Below the pieces are notes generated by a model. The model did not search any database. It saw nothing but the letters and a program-made list of their open reading frames with translations, and was not told the DNA's origin. A program made the position numbers and the translations under genes. From positions 96,001-160,000 of the forward strand of contig CAWJRJ010000018.1 in the NCBI GenBank assembly GCA_963845245.1: a DNA stretch of 64,000 nucleotides, read 5' to 3'. The DNA is from Nitrospirota bacterium (GTDB lineage Bacteria > Nitrospirota > JACRHJ01). Below, piece after piece: positions 35,804 through 51,129 of this stretch; within the stretch, counting starts at the first letter, position 1, and each line of letters opens with the position of its first letter.

Positions 35804-37104
35804 ATGATAGAAAGGTACTCCCGGCCTGAGATGGCTGCCGTCTGGTCCCAGCAAAACAGGTACTGCCAAGTGGCTTCAGGTCGAGATCCTGGCCTGCGAG
35901 GCCTGGGCGAAGCTGGGCTTTATCCCGGCCGAAGCGGTAAAGAACATAAAGAAGAAGGCCGAGTTTGAGCCCGCCCGCGTGGACGAGATCGAGCTGGTGG
36001 TAAAGCACGACGTCATCGCATTCCTGACAAACGTTGCCGAGCACGTCGGTGACGATGCCCGCTTCATACACGTGGGCCTGACCTCCTCGGACGTCCTGGA
36101 CACCGCGCTTGCCATCCAGATGAAAGAGGCGGCGGACATCATAATAAAGGATATAAACAACCTCCTTGAGGTCCTGAAGGTTAGGGCCATGGAGCACAAG
36201 GACACGGTGATGGTCGGCCGTTCGCACGGCATACACGCCGAGCCTGTCACCTTCGGCCTGAAGATGGCGCTCTGGTACGACGAGATGAAGAGGAACCTTA
36301 AAAGGGTCGAAGAGGCCCGCGAGGTTGCCGCCTACGGCAAGATATCTGGAGCTGTCGGGACGTTCGCGAACGTCGACCCGTTTGTCGAGGAGTACGTCTG
36401 CAAGAAGGCCGGGCTGAAACCCGCGCCGGTCTCCACCCAGATCGTCCAGCGTGACCGCCACGCGCAGTTCATGACCGCGCTTGCGATGGTCGCGTCTTCG
36501 CTTGAGAAGTTCTCCATAGAGATAAGGCACCTCCAGCGCACTGAGGTATACGAGGCGGAGGAATATTTCTCAAAGGGCCAGAAGGGCTCGTCCGCCATGC
36601 CGCACAAGCGTAACCCCATAGCCACTGAGAACATCTCCGGGCTTTCGAGGGTGGTCAGGGCAAACGCGCTTGCGGCGTTCGAGAACATAGCGCTCTGGCA
36701 CGAACGCGACATCAGCCATTCATCGGTGGAGCGTGTCATAATACCGGACAGCACGATACTAGTCGACTACATGCTGAACCGTTTCACCGGCATAATAAAG
36801 AACCTGCTCGTATACCCGAAGAACATGATGGCCAACCTCAACAAGATGAACGGCCTCATCCACTCGCAGAGGGTGCTGCTGGCGCTTGCCGGAAAAGGGC
36901 TCTCCCGCGAGGACGCGTACCGGCTGGTCCAGAAAAACGCCATGGAGGTATGGGAGCACGGCAAGGATTTCAGCAAGCTCCTGAAGGCCGACAAGGAGAT
37001 CCGGAAGGCGATGAGCGCGGCCGAGATAGACGAATGCTTCTCGCTTGGAGTACCATACGAAGAACGTGGATTACATATTCAAGAGGGTTTTCGGGAAAGT
37101 CTGA
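35804..37104 (+). CDS. purB: Adenylosuccinate lyase (indels near both ends)
   Basis: MIERYSRP start, HDVIAF, GRSHGIHAEP, GSSAMPHKRNP. Confidence 0.96.
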
Positions 37105-37129
37105 GTAAGCTTTACCTGCGGAGAGCGGT

Positions 37130-38194
37130 ATGACGGCTGACCAATTTGCGGACATCATGAAGGACTTGCTTGTTTCGATCGGCATAGTTGCCGGATTCTA
37201 TATAGCGGGCAAGGGGCTTATCTTCATAATCGACCGCTTTGTAAGAAAGCTCACCGAAAAGACCGCCACACAGCTTGACGACATGCTTCTGGCGGTGGTT
37301 GAGAAGCCCGCATTCTGGCTTATTATGCTCTGGGGCGTTTATGTCGCCCTGCACCGTCTCAGCATAGAATTTGCCAGAAGGTTCTTTGACATCGCCGACA
37401 AAGTGGTATTTATTATCGCCGTCGCCTTTGTCGTAAAGGTCGTATATGACGTCGTCAACACCATTATCGACTGGTACGGCATCACGATGGCCGAGAGGGG
37501 CCAGGATGGGCTGGGCAAGTCCATACTTCCGCTCCTCAAAAAGCTCGTAAAAATATTCGCAATACTCTCCGGCCTGATAGTAGTACTCGACCACTTCAGC
37601 TACAACATATCTTCACTCGTCGCGGCCCTGGGTGTCTCGTCCCTTGCTATAGGACTTGCCGCAAAAGAGACCCTGTCCAATATGATATCCGGGTTCACCA
37701 TCGTTGCCGACAGGCCGTTTCGGATAGGCGACAGGATAGAGGTGGACGGCAAGGTTGGCGACATAGTGGAGATAGGCCTCAGAAGCACGAGGATGCGCAC
37801 CATTGACAATACCGTCGTGATAATACCCAACGCCAAGCTGGTGGAGAACGTCGTATTGAACTACGCATATCCGGAGAACAGCCTTGCCGGGTTTTTCAAG
37901 GTGGGCGTGGAATATGGCACGCCGGTGGAAAAGGTGCGCGAGGCTTTGCTTGAGGTGGCCGGAGAAATACCTGAGATAATGAACGACCCGGCCCCAGAGG
38001 TGCTGTTTATAGAGCACGCGGATTCCGCCCTTGTGTTCCAGCTCGTGTACCGCGTACCGGAATACAGGCTGAAGTGGCCGGTCATAGATAAGTTGAACAC
38101 GGCGGTTAACCGCCGCTTTGCGGAGGAAGGCATAAACTTCGCCTATCCGACGCAAACCATGTATCTGCGCAAGCTTGATGACGCAACCGTTTAG
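37130..38194 (+). CDS. Small-conductance mechanosensitive channel family protein
   Basis: LGVSSLAIGLA, DRPFRIGDRI, IGLRST, IPNAKL, FAYP. Confidence 0.92.
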   Translation: MTADQFADIMKDLLVSIGIVAGFYIAGKGLIFIIDRFVRKLTEKTATQLDDMLLAVVEKPAFWLIMLWGVYVALHRLSIEFARRFFDIADKVVFIIAVAFVVKVVYDVVNTIIDWYGITMAERGQDGLGKSILPLLKKLVKIFAILSGLIVVLDHFSYNISSLVAALGVSSLAIGLAAKETLSNMISGFTIVADRPFRIGDRIEVDGKVGDIVEIGLRSTRMRTIDNTVVIIPNAKLVENVVLNYAYPENSLAGFFKVGVEYGTPVEKVREALLEVAGEIPEIMNDPAPEVLFIEHADSALVFQLVYRVPEYRLKWPVIDKLNTAVNRRFAEEGINFAYPTQTMYLRKLDDATV

Positions 38195-38217
38195 ACATAT
38201 AAAACAGGAGAGGTTCC

Positions 38218-38940
38218 ATGAAGGTTAAAAAAGGCAGGATGATCTACGAAGGCAAGGCCAAGAGGATATACAAGACGGACAACCCGGACCTCTTCATCCA
38301 GCATTTCAAGGATGACGCGACGGCATTCAACGCAAAGAAGCGCGGCACCATAGTAAACAAGGGTATCATGAACAACAAGATATCCGAGCACCTCTTCAAC
38401 CTCCTTGAGTCGGAGGGCGTGCGCACCCATTTCGTGGAACGCTTAAACGACCGGGACATGCTGGTCAAGAAGCTGGACATTGTACCGGTCGAGGTCGTCA
38501 TCCGTAACCTCATCGCCGGCAGCATGTCCAAGAGGCTGGGTATAGAAGAGGGCACGAAGGCCAAGAAGCCGATACTGGAGTTCTACTACAAGGCCGACGC
38601 CCTGGACGACCCGCTGATAAACGACGATACCGCGATTGCGCTTGGCTGGGCGACCGCATCGGAGCTGACCAAGATAAGGACGATGGCGACCAAGGTAAAC
38701 CAGGTGCTTACCAAGTTCTTCAACAAGCGCGGGCTGATACTCGTGGACTTCAAGCTTGAGTTCGGCAGGCACAAGGGCAGGATACTCCTCGGAGACGAGA
38801 TATGCCCCGACACTTGCAGGCTATGGGACAAGAAGACGATGGAGAAGATGGACAAGGACCGTTTCCGCCGCGACCTCGGCAACGTTGAAGAGGCGTACCA
38901 GGAAGTCTGCAAGCGGGTCTGCGAAGTAATTTTATCGTAG
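38218..38940 (+). CDS. purC: SAICAR synthase
   Basis: YEGKAK, FKDDATAFN, LVDFKLEFG, DKDRFR. Confidence 0.97.
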   Translation: MKVKKGRMIYEGKAKRIYKTDNPDLFIQHFKDDATAFNAKKRGTIVNKGIMNNKISEHLFNLLESEGVRTHFVERLNDRDMLVKKLDIVPVEVVIRNLIAGSMSKRLGIEEGTKAKKPILEFYYKADALDDPLINDDTAIALGWATASELTKIRTMATKVNQVLTKFFNKRGLILVDFKLEFGRHKGRILLGDEICPDTCRLWDKKTMEKMDKDRFRRDLGNVEEAYQEVCKRVCEVILS

Positions 38941-38963
38941 GGGCCGTACCCTCGCGTCGGCCC
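38937..38963 (+). repeat. GTAG-type REP-like palindrome
   Basis: GTAGGGGCCGTACCCTCGCGTCGGCCC overlapping the purC stop. Confidence 0.65.
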
Positions 38964-38984
38964 ATCTATTACATAGAGGATAAT

Positions 38985-39227
38985 ATGCTTAATGCCAAGG
39001 TTTATGTAACGTTGAAAAAAGGGGTGCTCGACCCGCAGGGCAAGGCCGTCCAGCACTCGCTGGGCTCGCTGGGCTACAACAGCGTCGAGGACGTCAGGCT
39101 CGGCAAGTACGTCGAGGTGAAGCTGAACGAGACGGACAAGGAGAAGGCCAAGGTCATGCTCACGGAGATGTGCGAGAAGCTCATCGCCAATACCGTCATT
39201 GAGGACTTCCGTTTCGATATAGAGTAA
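38985..39227 (+). CDS. purS: FGAM synthase subunit PurS
   Basis: GVLDPQG, VRLGK, LIANTVIE. Confidence 0.96.
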   Translation: MLNAKVYVTLKKGVLDPQGKAVQHSLGSLGYNSVEDVRLGKYVEVKLNETDKEKAKVMLTEMCEKLIANTVIEDFRFDIE

Positions 39228-39243
39228 GTAGGGAGGATTTTAC

Positions 39244-39988
39244 ATGAGGTTCGGGGTTCTCGTTTTTCCGGGTTCCAACTGCGACCACGACTGCTACCAT
39301 GCAATGAAGCACGTGTTGGGGCAGGAGGTTGATTTTATATGGCACAAAGAGGAATCCTTTAAGGTCAAGTACGACGGCATAATCGTACCCGGCGGCTTCT
39401 CCTACGGCGACTACCTTCGCTGCGGCGCAATAGCGCGTTTCTCGCCGGTGATGAAGGCGGTCGAGACGTTCGCCAAGGGCGGCGGCATGGTCATCGGCAT
39501 CTGCAACGGATTCCAGATACTGCTTGAGGCAGGTCTTCTGCCGGGCGCGATGCTTCGTAACAAGTCGCTCAAGTTCATATGCAAGGACATATACCTCCGG
39601 GTGGAGTCCGACCAGACGCCGTTCACCAGAAACTGCAATCCTGGCAATGTGCTGAGGGTGCCTATCGCGCATGCCGAGGGCAACTACTACGCAGACCCCG
39701 AGACGCTTGCGATGCTGAACGAGGAAAAGCAGATAATATTCCGTTACTGCGACAAGGACGGAAACGTGACGCCCGAGGCAAACCCGAACGGCGCATGCGA
39801 GAACATCGCGGGCATATGCAACAAGGGCCGAAACGTCCTTGGCATGATGCCGCACCCCGAACGCGCCTCCGAGGCGATACTCGGCAATACCGACGGGAAA
39901 TTCATACTTGCTTCCATGCTCTCGCACGCGGCGATATTCCAGGATTCGTGCCGCCTGCCGGGCTACACTCCAGTGGAGTTTAAAAAGA

Positions 39989-39996
<8 letters not shown>
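39244..39996 (+). CDS. purQ: FGAM synthase glutaminase subunit (true 3' end uncertain)
   Basis: [32 protein letters not shown]. Confidence 0.96.
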
Positions 39997-42234
<2,238 letters not shown>

Positions 42235-42253
42235 TTGCAGATCGAGGTTTTAA

Positions 42254-43669
42254 ATGTTTGGCGAGGACAAGTTCCATGACGAGTGCGGCATATTCGGGAT
42301 ATATGGTCATCCGGAAGCGGCCAACCTGACTTACTTGGGGCTTTACGCTCTCCAGCACCGCGGACAGGAAGGGGCGGGCATCGTCTCCTCCGACGGGAAG
42401 ACCCTCAGGATAAAAAAAGCGCTCGGCCTCGTAGCCGACATATTCACGGAAGAACGCATACACAAGCTGAAGGGCGACATGGCCATCGGCCATAACCGCT
42501 ACTCCACCACCGGCGCAAGCCGCCTCACCGAGAACGTCCAGCCGCTCCTCATCAACTACGGCCTCGGCTCGCTCGCGGTCGCACATAACGGCAACCTCAC
42601 CAACTACGGCGTGGTAAAGGACGAGCTTGAGGCATACGGCTCTATCTTCCATACCTCCATCGACAGCGAGCTAATCGTCCACCTGATAGCCCTGGCAAAG
42701 GGCGGCAAGCTGATGGACAGGGCCAGTGGAGGCACTGACGAGGATAGAGGGCGCGTACTCCCTGCTCATCATGAACGAGGATGAGATGATAGGCGTGCGC
42801 GACCCGCACGGGTTCAGGCCGCTGTGCCTCGGGATGCTGGACGGCGCATATGTGCTTTCGTCCGAGACCTGCGCGCTCGACCTTATCGAGGCGGAGTACA
42901 TACGCGACATCGAGCCGGGCGAGATGGTCGTCATAAACAGGGACGGGATAAAGTCCTACAAGCCCTTCCCGGACGCCAGGCAGTCCTGCTGCATCTTCGA
43001 GTATATCTATTTCGCAAGGCCGGACAGCAACATCTTCGGCGAGAACGTCAACTTCGTCAGGAAGATGATGGGCAGAAGGCTCGCCATCGAACACCCCGTC
43101 GAGGCCGATATCGTCGTGCCGGTGCCGGACTCGGGTGTGCCGGCCGCGATAGGCTTCTCCGAGCAGTCAGGCATTCCGTTCGACATCGGGCTGATAAGGA
43201 ACCACTACATCGGCCGCACGTTCATCGAGCCGCAGCAGAGCATCCGGCACTTCGGCGTGAAGATAAAGCTGAACCCGGTAAGGAAGCTCCTCGAAGGCAA
43301 GAGGGTGGTACTCGTGGACGACTCGATCGTGCGCGGCACCACAAGCCGCAAGCTTGTCAAAATGGTCCGACAGGCTGGCGCGAAAGAAGTGCATATGCGT
43401 ATATGCTCGCCTCCTACCGTATATCCTTGCTTTTATGGTATAGACACACCCACTCGACATGAGCTTATCGCCGCCACGCACACGCGTGGAAGAGATAAGG
43501 CGATACCTGACCGCTGACTCGCTTGGCTACATGTCACTTGGAGGGCGTGCTCGGCGTCATACCGGACTCGTTGAACAAGTTCTGCTCCGCGTGCTTTGAC
43601 GGCGACTATCCCGTGCCGTTCCCGGAAGACAGAAACGCAAACGCACAGCTCAAACTGTTCGAGAAGTAG
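42254..43669 (+). CDS. purF: Amidophosphoribosyltransferase (several indels)
   Basis: [37 protein letters not shown]. Confidence 0.96.
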
Positions 43670-44496
43670 ATGGTATTCAGGGCTTTCAGTGTAGTCCTGC
43701 TTTTACTCTCCCTCAACTTCCTCTGGGGCATACACGCCCGTTAATTACTCCCTGACAACCCTTATTGTCTTCTGGCTGGTGCTGTCCTTTCGCGGCATGG
43801 CCTCCATGCGGAGCCAGGTCTTCGGCAGGGTGTACTGGCGCGGGAATGCGCCCCCACCCCCAGCCCCTCCCCCGCAGGTGGGGAGGGGAGCAGAAGCATT
43901 GCGTCGCGCTCACCTTCGACGACGGCCCGACCGAACCATCCACCGCACAGGTTCTGGACATCCTCAAGCGCCACGACATCAAGGCGACCTTCTTCGTAAT
44001 CGGCGACAACGTAAAGAAGTACCCGGAGCTTGCCAAGCAGGGCGCACGAGGAGGGCCACGAGCTTGCCAACCATTCGATGACCCACCCGTGGGTGTTCAA
44101 GATGCTGTTCCGCCGCATCCGCGAGGACATCGAGCTCTGCCAGGACGAGATAGAGAAGATAACCGGGTACAGGCCGCGCTTCTTCCGCCAGCCCGTCGGC
44201 CTCAACAACCCGAGCGTCATGAAGGTTATAGACGCGATGGGAATGGTTATGGTAGGATGGCAGGTCAGGGCGTACGACGCGGTGAAGCCGGATAAGGATA
44301 AGATTGTACAGGCGGATACTCGGCGGTGTGCGGCCCGGCGGGATAATACTCCTGCATGACGGCTGGGACGGGAAGACGATACCCGACCGCAGCGCGACGG
44401 TCGCGGCGCTTGGAGGAGATAATACCGGCGCTGAAAGCCAAAGGGTATGAGTTCAAGACGGTGAGCGAGTTATTGGGAGTGGAGAACAGGCAATAA
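43670..44496 (+). CDS. Membrane-anchored polysaccharide deacetylase (NodB/CE4; several indels)
   Basis: ALTFDDGP, ATFFVIG, HELANHSMTH, FFRQP, IILLHD across frames. Confidence 0.85.
43851..43891 (+). repeat. GC-rich palindromic element inside the deacetylase coding region
   Basis: CCCCCACCCCCAG-CCCCTCCCC-cgcaggt-GGGGAGGGG. Confidence 0.55.
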
Positions 44497-44517
44497 TTTC
44501 TGCATATCGAGGGCAAA

Positions 44518-45103
44518 ATGAATTAGTAGGCCTAAAAGTCTGGTTGGTTCTACCCTGATATTTGTACTTTTGTTTAATGGGATTTGTTTTGCCAACTGAG
44601 CGTCAGAAATAGTAATAGAAATATTATACTGCCGACTTATCAAAGGAGCAAGGCTGTTTAGTGTACGGATTTGCCGAGATAGATAAATATGTTTCATGGG
44701 ATGTCGAACCTGGATGGGATACTGCTATGATTGTAGGACAAAGTAAGATTATGTCGAACCAAATTTATACATAAAGATAAGTGCCTTGTCGAAGTTAGGT
44801 ACCATGTAATTGGAAGATATGATGGGGGAGAAGGTTTATTCGTCGGATGATTATACTAAGGTTATTAATTTTCTCGTAGTGAAAGCATAATAAGGACTGG
44901 AAAATAGAACAGCCCGTTTTCCCGCCACATATATCTGCCTGAAACTGCCATTGAGCATACACAGTCATTGTCTAAAGGATTTCGTTGGATACGGATAAAG
45001 AACGAATACCAGCTCTGCAAAGAACAATAGAAAATTTAAAAACGGAGATAAAGGTTAACAAGAAGAACAAATCGTCAATGTGGTTTGATGGCTCTGATTT
45101 TAA
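44518..45103 (+). pseudogene. Fragmented AT-rich gene for a putative secreted protein (pseudogene or error-rich stretch)
   Basis: Successive frames read LVGSTLIFVLLFNGICFA / YVSWDVEPGWDTAMIV / LVEVRYHVIGRY / VINFLVVK / DWKIEQPVFPPHIS. Confidence 0.55.
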
Positions 45104-45120
45104 AAAATAATTAAAATGCT

Positions 45121-45146
45121 GGGCCGACACACGGGTCGGCCCCTAC
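45121..45146 (-). repeat. GTAG-type REP-like palindrome
   Basis: Minus strand GTAGGGGCCGACCCGTGTGTCGGCCC, similar to the 38937 copy. Confidence 0.7.
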
Positions 45147-45163
45147 AAGTGGCAGAATATAAT

Positions 45164-46568
45164 ATGCGCATTAAAATTATCGCCCCAAAATGGCCGCTCC
45201 ACAGCATATGGAGCAGGCTCTACTTCAAGTTCCCGTACCTGAGCACCGCCATGCTCGGCGCGCTGACGCCGCCGGAGCATCAGGTGGAGATTGCGGACGA
45301 GAACCTGAAGGCGATAGATTTCACCGACAAGCCGGACCTGGTCGCGATAACCGTGCTGACGCCGCTTGCGCCCCGCGCATATGAGATTGCGGACGAGTAC
45401 AGGCGGCGCGGCGTCGAAGGTCGTCATGGGCGGCTTCCATGCGACATGGCTGCCGGAAGAGGCGCTTCTGCATGCGGACGCGGTGGTGGTGGGCGAGGCC
45501 GAGGGCGTATGGGGCACGCTCCTTGAAGACTGCGAGAACGGGAGCCTGAAGAGAATTTACAAGTCCGAGACGAGGCCGCTCGCGGAGAACATACCCTGCG
45601 CAAGGCGCGAGCTGTTGGACGGCAAGGGCTACTTCTTCACGAACATAATCCAGACGACGCGCGGCTGCCCGTTCGACTGCAAGTTCTGCTCCGTCACCGC
45701 ATTCTACGGCGGGACGTACAGGTTCCGGCCGGTGGAGGACATAGAGAAGGAAGTGCAGAGCTTCACGAAGGGCGCGGGCTTCGTGCTGTTCGTGGACGAC
45801 AACATCGTCGGCAACCCGGCCTATGCGAAGCGGCTGTTCAGTATGCTCAAGGACCAGAAGCGCAGATGGATGAGCCAGGCCTCGACGAATATCGTGAAGA
45901 ACCCGGAACTCCTGAAGCTCGCGGCGGAGTCCGGCTGCCACGGCCTGTTCATGGGCTTTGAGAGCCTGGACCAGGACAACCTCGACATGATGGGCAAGAA
46001 GATGAACGCCCTTGAGACATACTCGGACGTGATATCGAAGATACACGACCACGGCATAGGCGTGCACGGCTCGTTCATATTCGGGTACGACCACGACGAC
46101 GAAGGCGTGTTCGACCGGGTGCTGGACTTCACCCGCAAGGTGCGGCTCGACGCGGCCTTCATGCCGGTGCTGACGCCTTTCCCCGGCACCGGGATATACA
46201 AACAGCTCGAAGCCGAAGGGCGGATAATAAACCGCGACTGGTCGCTCTACGACATGGAGCACGTCGTCTTCAAGCCGAAGAAGATGAGCCCGGAGAAACT
46301 ACAGGAAGGCCACGACCGTGCGAACCGCGAGTTCTACTCCTATTCCAACATATGGAAGAGGATCGGGACGCTCAGGCGCAGCCTCTGGATATTCGCGCCG
46401 ATGAACTGGGATTTAAGGCAGGCGTGGAATAAAAAGCTAAGACACCCCACTTCTTTAGGGAGAAAGTCAGACCGAAATTATAACATCGCTTTGGTTACTT
46501 TCTGCAAAGAAAAAGTAACGGTTTCATGGACGACGAAAAAAGAAACCTGCGCCGCCGCACTACCTTGA
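45164..46568 (+). CDS. B12-binding domain radical SAM protein (indel ~45420; may end near 46440)
   Basis: IADEN, VMGGFHAT, VVVGEAE, TTRGCPFDCKFC, FVDDN, GFES. Confidence 0.9.
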
Positions 46569-47223
46569 GCACGGGCAGCGTATAAAGGAAAAGTTCAAGA
46601 AGACCGGCCTTGAGAGCTTCCACGACTACGAGGCCCTTGAGCTGCTCCTTGGCTATGCCATCCCCAGGCGCGACGTGAAGCCGCTCGCGAAGGCGCTGAT
46701 AGAGCGGTTCGGCGGGTTCCAGGGGGTCATGGACGCATCTCTTGAAGACCTTGTCACCGTTCCCGGCCTCGGCGAGCACTCAAGTATATTGTTAAAAGTG
46801 ACGAAGGAGTGCTCGAACCTCTACCTGAAGCGCCGGGTGGTGAAGAAGCCGAAGATCTGCTGCGCGCCCGACCTGATAAACTACTGCCGCATGACTATGG
46901 CAGGCCTGAAGGACGAGCAGTTCAGGGTGGTGTTCCTCAATACCCAGAACGAGATAATAGAGATAGAGACCATACAGGAAGGGACTATCGACCAGTCGGT
47001 GGTCTACCCCCGCAAGGTGATGGAGAGGGCGCTCTACCACAAGGCGGCCGCGATGATATTCGTGCACAACCACCCCGGCGGCAAGGTGCGGCCCTCATAC
47101 GCGGACAAGGAGATAACCACCGCGCTGATATCGGCCGCGAAGAGCATGGACATGGACGTGCACGACCACCTGATAATCGGAAGCGAAGGCTATTACAGCT
47201 TCAGGGACCAGGGCCTGTTATAA
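46526..47223 (+). CDS. radC: RadC/JAB-domain protein (N-terminal indels)
   Basis: DYEALELLL, DVKPLAK, VYPR, HNHPGG, HDHLII. Confidence 0.92.
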
Positions 47224-47242
47224 CCGGAAAGGCCCTCCTATA

Positions 47243-47995
47243 ATGCCAGGCATCGTCAAGACAAGGGCAATAGTAACCAAGACCACACGGCACGGGGAGT
47301 CCGACCTGGTCGTGAGCTTCCTCACGGAGGAGCACGGGCTGGTGAAGGGCTATGCCCGTGGGGCGGTGAAGAGCAAAAAACGCTTTGCAGGCTGCTTCGA
47401 GCCGTTCACACTCCTGTCCGTCACGCTCCGGTTCAAGGCTTCGGCCGGGCTGGTGGGGATAGACTCCGCGGACATCCTTGACGCCCACTACGGCATAAGG
47501 GAGGACCTGGACAGGATAAACGCGGGTGCCGTCATGCTGCGTTTCGCCTCAATGATGGAGCCGGGCGCTGGGTTTGCCGAGCCGTTCCTTTTCATGAGGG
47601 ATACCCTCAAAGTGCTTGAAAAGGCAAAAGACCCGGTGGCACTTTGCGCCGTGTTCGTGGTGAAGTTCCTACTGATGGGCGGGTACGGAATACCCCATGA
47701 GTCGTGCTCCCGCTGCGGGGCAGGGATTGCCGGGAAACCCACTGTTTATTCAGGTGGTTTCGCCCTGTTTTGCGAAAGGTGCGGGCCACATATGTGTGGT
47801 GCGGGCGGTAAAAAGGTAAGCCCGGGCACGCTGGCATTCGTCAGGCAGGCGGAGACCCTTGAACCCGCTAAGATGGGCAGGCTTGTCATTTCCACGGGGA
47901 CCAAAGAGGAGTTGTACGCCCTGCTTGGCGGTTTTGCTTCTGCCGCTGCCGGAAAAAGGCTGGAATACCTTGAAATATTTAAGCCTAGCGCTTGA
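47243..47995 (+). CDS. recO: DNA repair protein RecO
   Basis: GESDLVV, ARGAVKSKKRF, EPF, CSRC...CERC; directly upstream of glyQ. Confidence 0.9.
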   Translation: MPGIVKTRAIVTKTTRHGESDLVVSFLTEEHGLVKGYARGAVKSKKRFAGCFEPFTLLSVTLRFKASAGLVGIDSADILDAHYGIREDLDRINAGAVMLRFASMMEPGAGFAEPFLFMRDTLKVLEKAKDPVALCAVFVVKFLLMGGYGIPHESCSRCGAGIAGKPTVYSGGFALFCERCGPHMCGAGGKKVSPGTLAFVRQAETLEPAKMGRLVISTGTKEELYALLGGFASAAAGKRLEYLEIFKPSA

Positions 47996-48076
47996 AAAGC
48001 CTTGACATAATGGGGGAATTCTGCTAAAAAACTTAATTCCATTTAAAATATCTAATCCTTTTCTGGAGAAGCGGTT

Positions 48077-48946
<870 letters not shown>

Positions 48947-48953
48947 AAGACAA

Positions 48954-51022
48954 ATGCCAAAGGAACTGCTGCTAGAAATAGGCTCTGAAGAGATACCCGC
49001 CGGGTTCATAACCGGTGCGCTGGGTGCCATGGAGGAGCTTGCCGCGAAGGCGCTTACGGGCGCGCGGCTGGAGTACTCTGCAATACGCGCCATGGGGAAC
49101 CCCCGCCGCCTCGTCCTGCATGTCAGCGGTATATCCGACATGCAGCCGGACTCTATAAGGGAGGTGCTGGGCCCGCCGAAGTCCGCCGCATACGACAAGG
49201 ACGGGAACCTGACCAAGGCCGCAACCGGGTTTGCCAAAGGCCAGGGGGTTGACGGTAGCAAGCCTGTCGGTAAAACAGACCGAAAAGGGCGAATACATTT
49301 GCGCCACCATAGAAGAAAAAGGCGTCCCCGCAAGCGAAGTCCTCTCAGATATCCTCCCCAAACTCATACTTTCCATACCGTTCCCCAAGTCGATGCGATG
49401 GGGCAACCGTGACATAAAATTTGCACGTCCGATACACTGGATACTTGCGATACTGGACGGCGAGGTCGTCCCGTTCGAGGTCGACGGCATCAAGAGCACG
49501 AACCTTACCAGGGGCCACAGGTTCATGAGCCCCGGCGCTTTCCGTGTAAAGGATTTCGAGTCGTACATGCACCAGACGAAGGACAACTACTACGATCGTG
49601 GACCAGGATGTAAGGCTTGAGATGGTCAAACACCAGGTCGGCCATGCGGCTGCTGAGCTTGGCGCCACAGTCCATCCTGACGAAGGGCTCATGAAGGAAG
49701 TGAGCTTTCTGGTCGAGTATCCGGTAGCCGTTGTCGGAAACATAGAGAAGGCCTTTCTCTCGCTTCCCAAAGAGGTGCTTGTAAACTCCATGAGAGAGCA
49801 CCAGCGTTACTTCGCACTGGAAGACGGCCAGGGTACGCTCCTGCCGCACTTCATTACCATATCGAACACCAAGGCCGAGGACATGGACGTGGTCAGGGCA
49901 GGCAACGAGAGGGTCCTGAGGGCAAGGCTATCGGATGCGAGGTTCTTCTTCGAGGAAGACATGAAGAAGAAACTCTCCGACAGGGTGGACGACCTGAAGA
50001 AGGTGTTGTTCCAGAAAGAGCTTGGCACAGTATACGAGAAGACCCAGAGGATAGTGAAGATGTCGGAGTACCTCGCGGGCACACTTTTCTGTGAGCCTGT
50101 GGTTAGGGAAAATGCAGCCAGGGCTGCGCTTCTCTGCAAGGCAGACCTTGTCACCGGCATGGTGTATGAGTTCGCAAACCTCCAGGGCGTTATGGGCTGC
50201 GATTATGCCAGGAGGAACGGCGAGAGGGAAGAGGTCGCCAAAGCGATAGTGGAGCATTACATGCCTCGCTTCTCTGGCGACGGAGTACCGTCCACACCGG
50301 CAGGAGCCGCCGTCTCAATCGCGGACAAGATGGACACCATAGCGGGGATATTCTCCATAGGCAAGCCGCCGACCGGGTCCGAGGACCCATATGCTCTAAG
50401 AAGGCAGGCGCTCGGCATCATAGCGATAATATACAGTGGTGGCTTCAGGACCTCGCTCATAGGGATAATAAACAAGGCCGTGGAGTTTTTAAATCCTGCC
50501 GGGGACAAAGAAAAGCTTGCTGCGGACATCCTTGAGTTTTTCAGGCAGAGGGTTCAAAACCAGCTTGTATCAGAAGGCTGGGAGTATGACACCGTAGATG
50601 CGGTGCTGGCCAGAGGGTTTGACGATATAATAAACGCAAAAGATCGCGTGGCCGCGCTTTCGGAGTTCCGGAAGGCGGAAGGGTTCGAGCCGTTTATTAC
50701 GGCATTTCGCAGGGTGGCTAATATCATTCCCGAAGGGTTCAGTGGAAAGCTGGACGACTCCCTTTTTAAAGAGGATGCCGAGAAAGAGCTGTACCGGCAT
50801 TACCTTGAGATAAAAGACGATGTCGCGACCCATACTGAAAACGCGCGCTACTTGGACGCGTTGAACCGCATTGCGGCCATCAGGCCTTTCGTGGATAAGT
50901 TTTTCGACGATGTGATGGTGATGGACAAGGACGAGGCGGTGAAAAACAACCGCCTTACCCTTATGGGCCTTATAGCAGGGATGTTCTTCCGTATCGCTGA
51001 CCTGAAGAAGGTAGCGGTTTAA
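48954..51022 (+). CDS. glyS: Glycine-tRNA ligase beta subunit (two indels)
   Basis: LLEIGSEEIP, FPKSMRWG, HQRYF, RARLSDARFF, GSEDPYALRR, NNRL. Confidence 0.96.
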
Positions 51023-51129
51023 ATATAATTGCCGCGCATGAAGAGCTGTAACCAGTTATTTTTGTTTTGTAAATATAAATTGGCAAGGATCAGGTGTAGA
51101 GAAAATATCGTATAAGGAGGAGTTTGAAA

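Noticed and set aside
46489..46519. GTTACTTT...AAAGTAAC hairpin as a MITE remnant
   Set aside because: Single short copy; cannot be supported without a genome-wide search.
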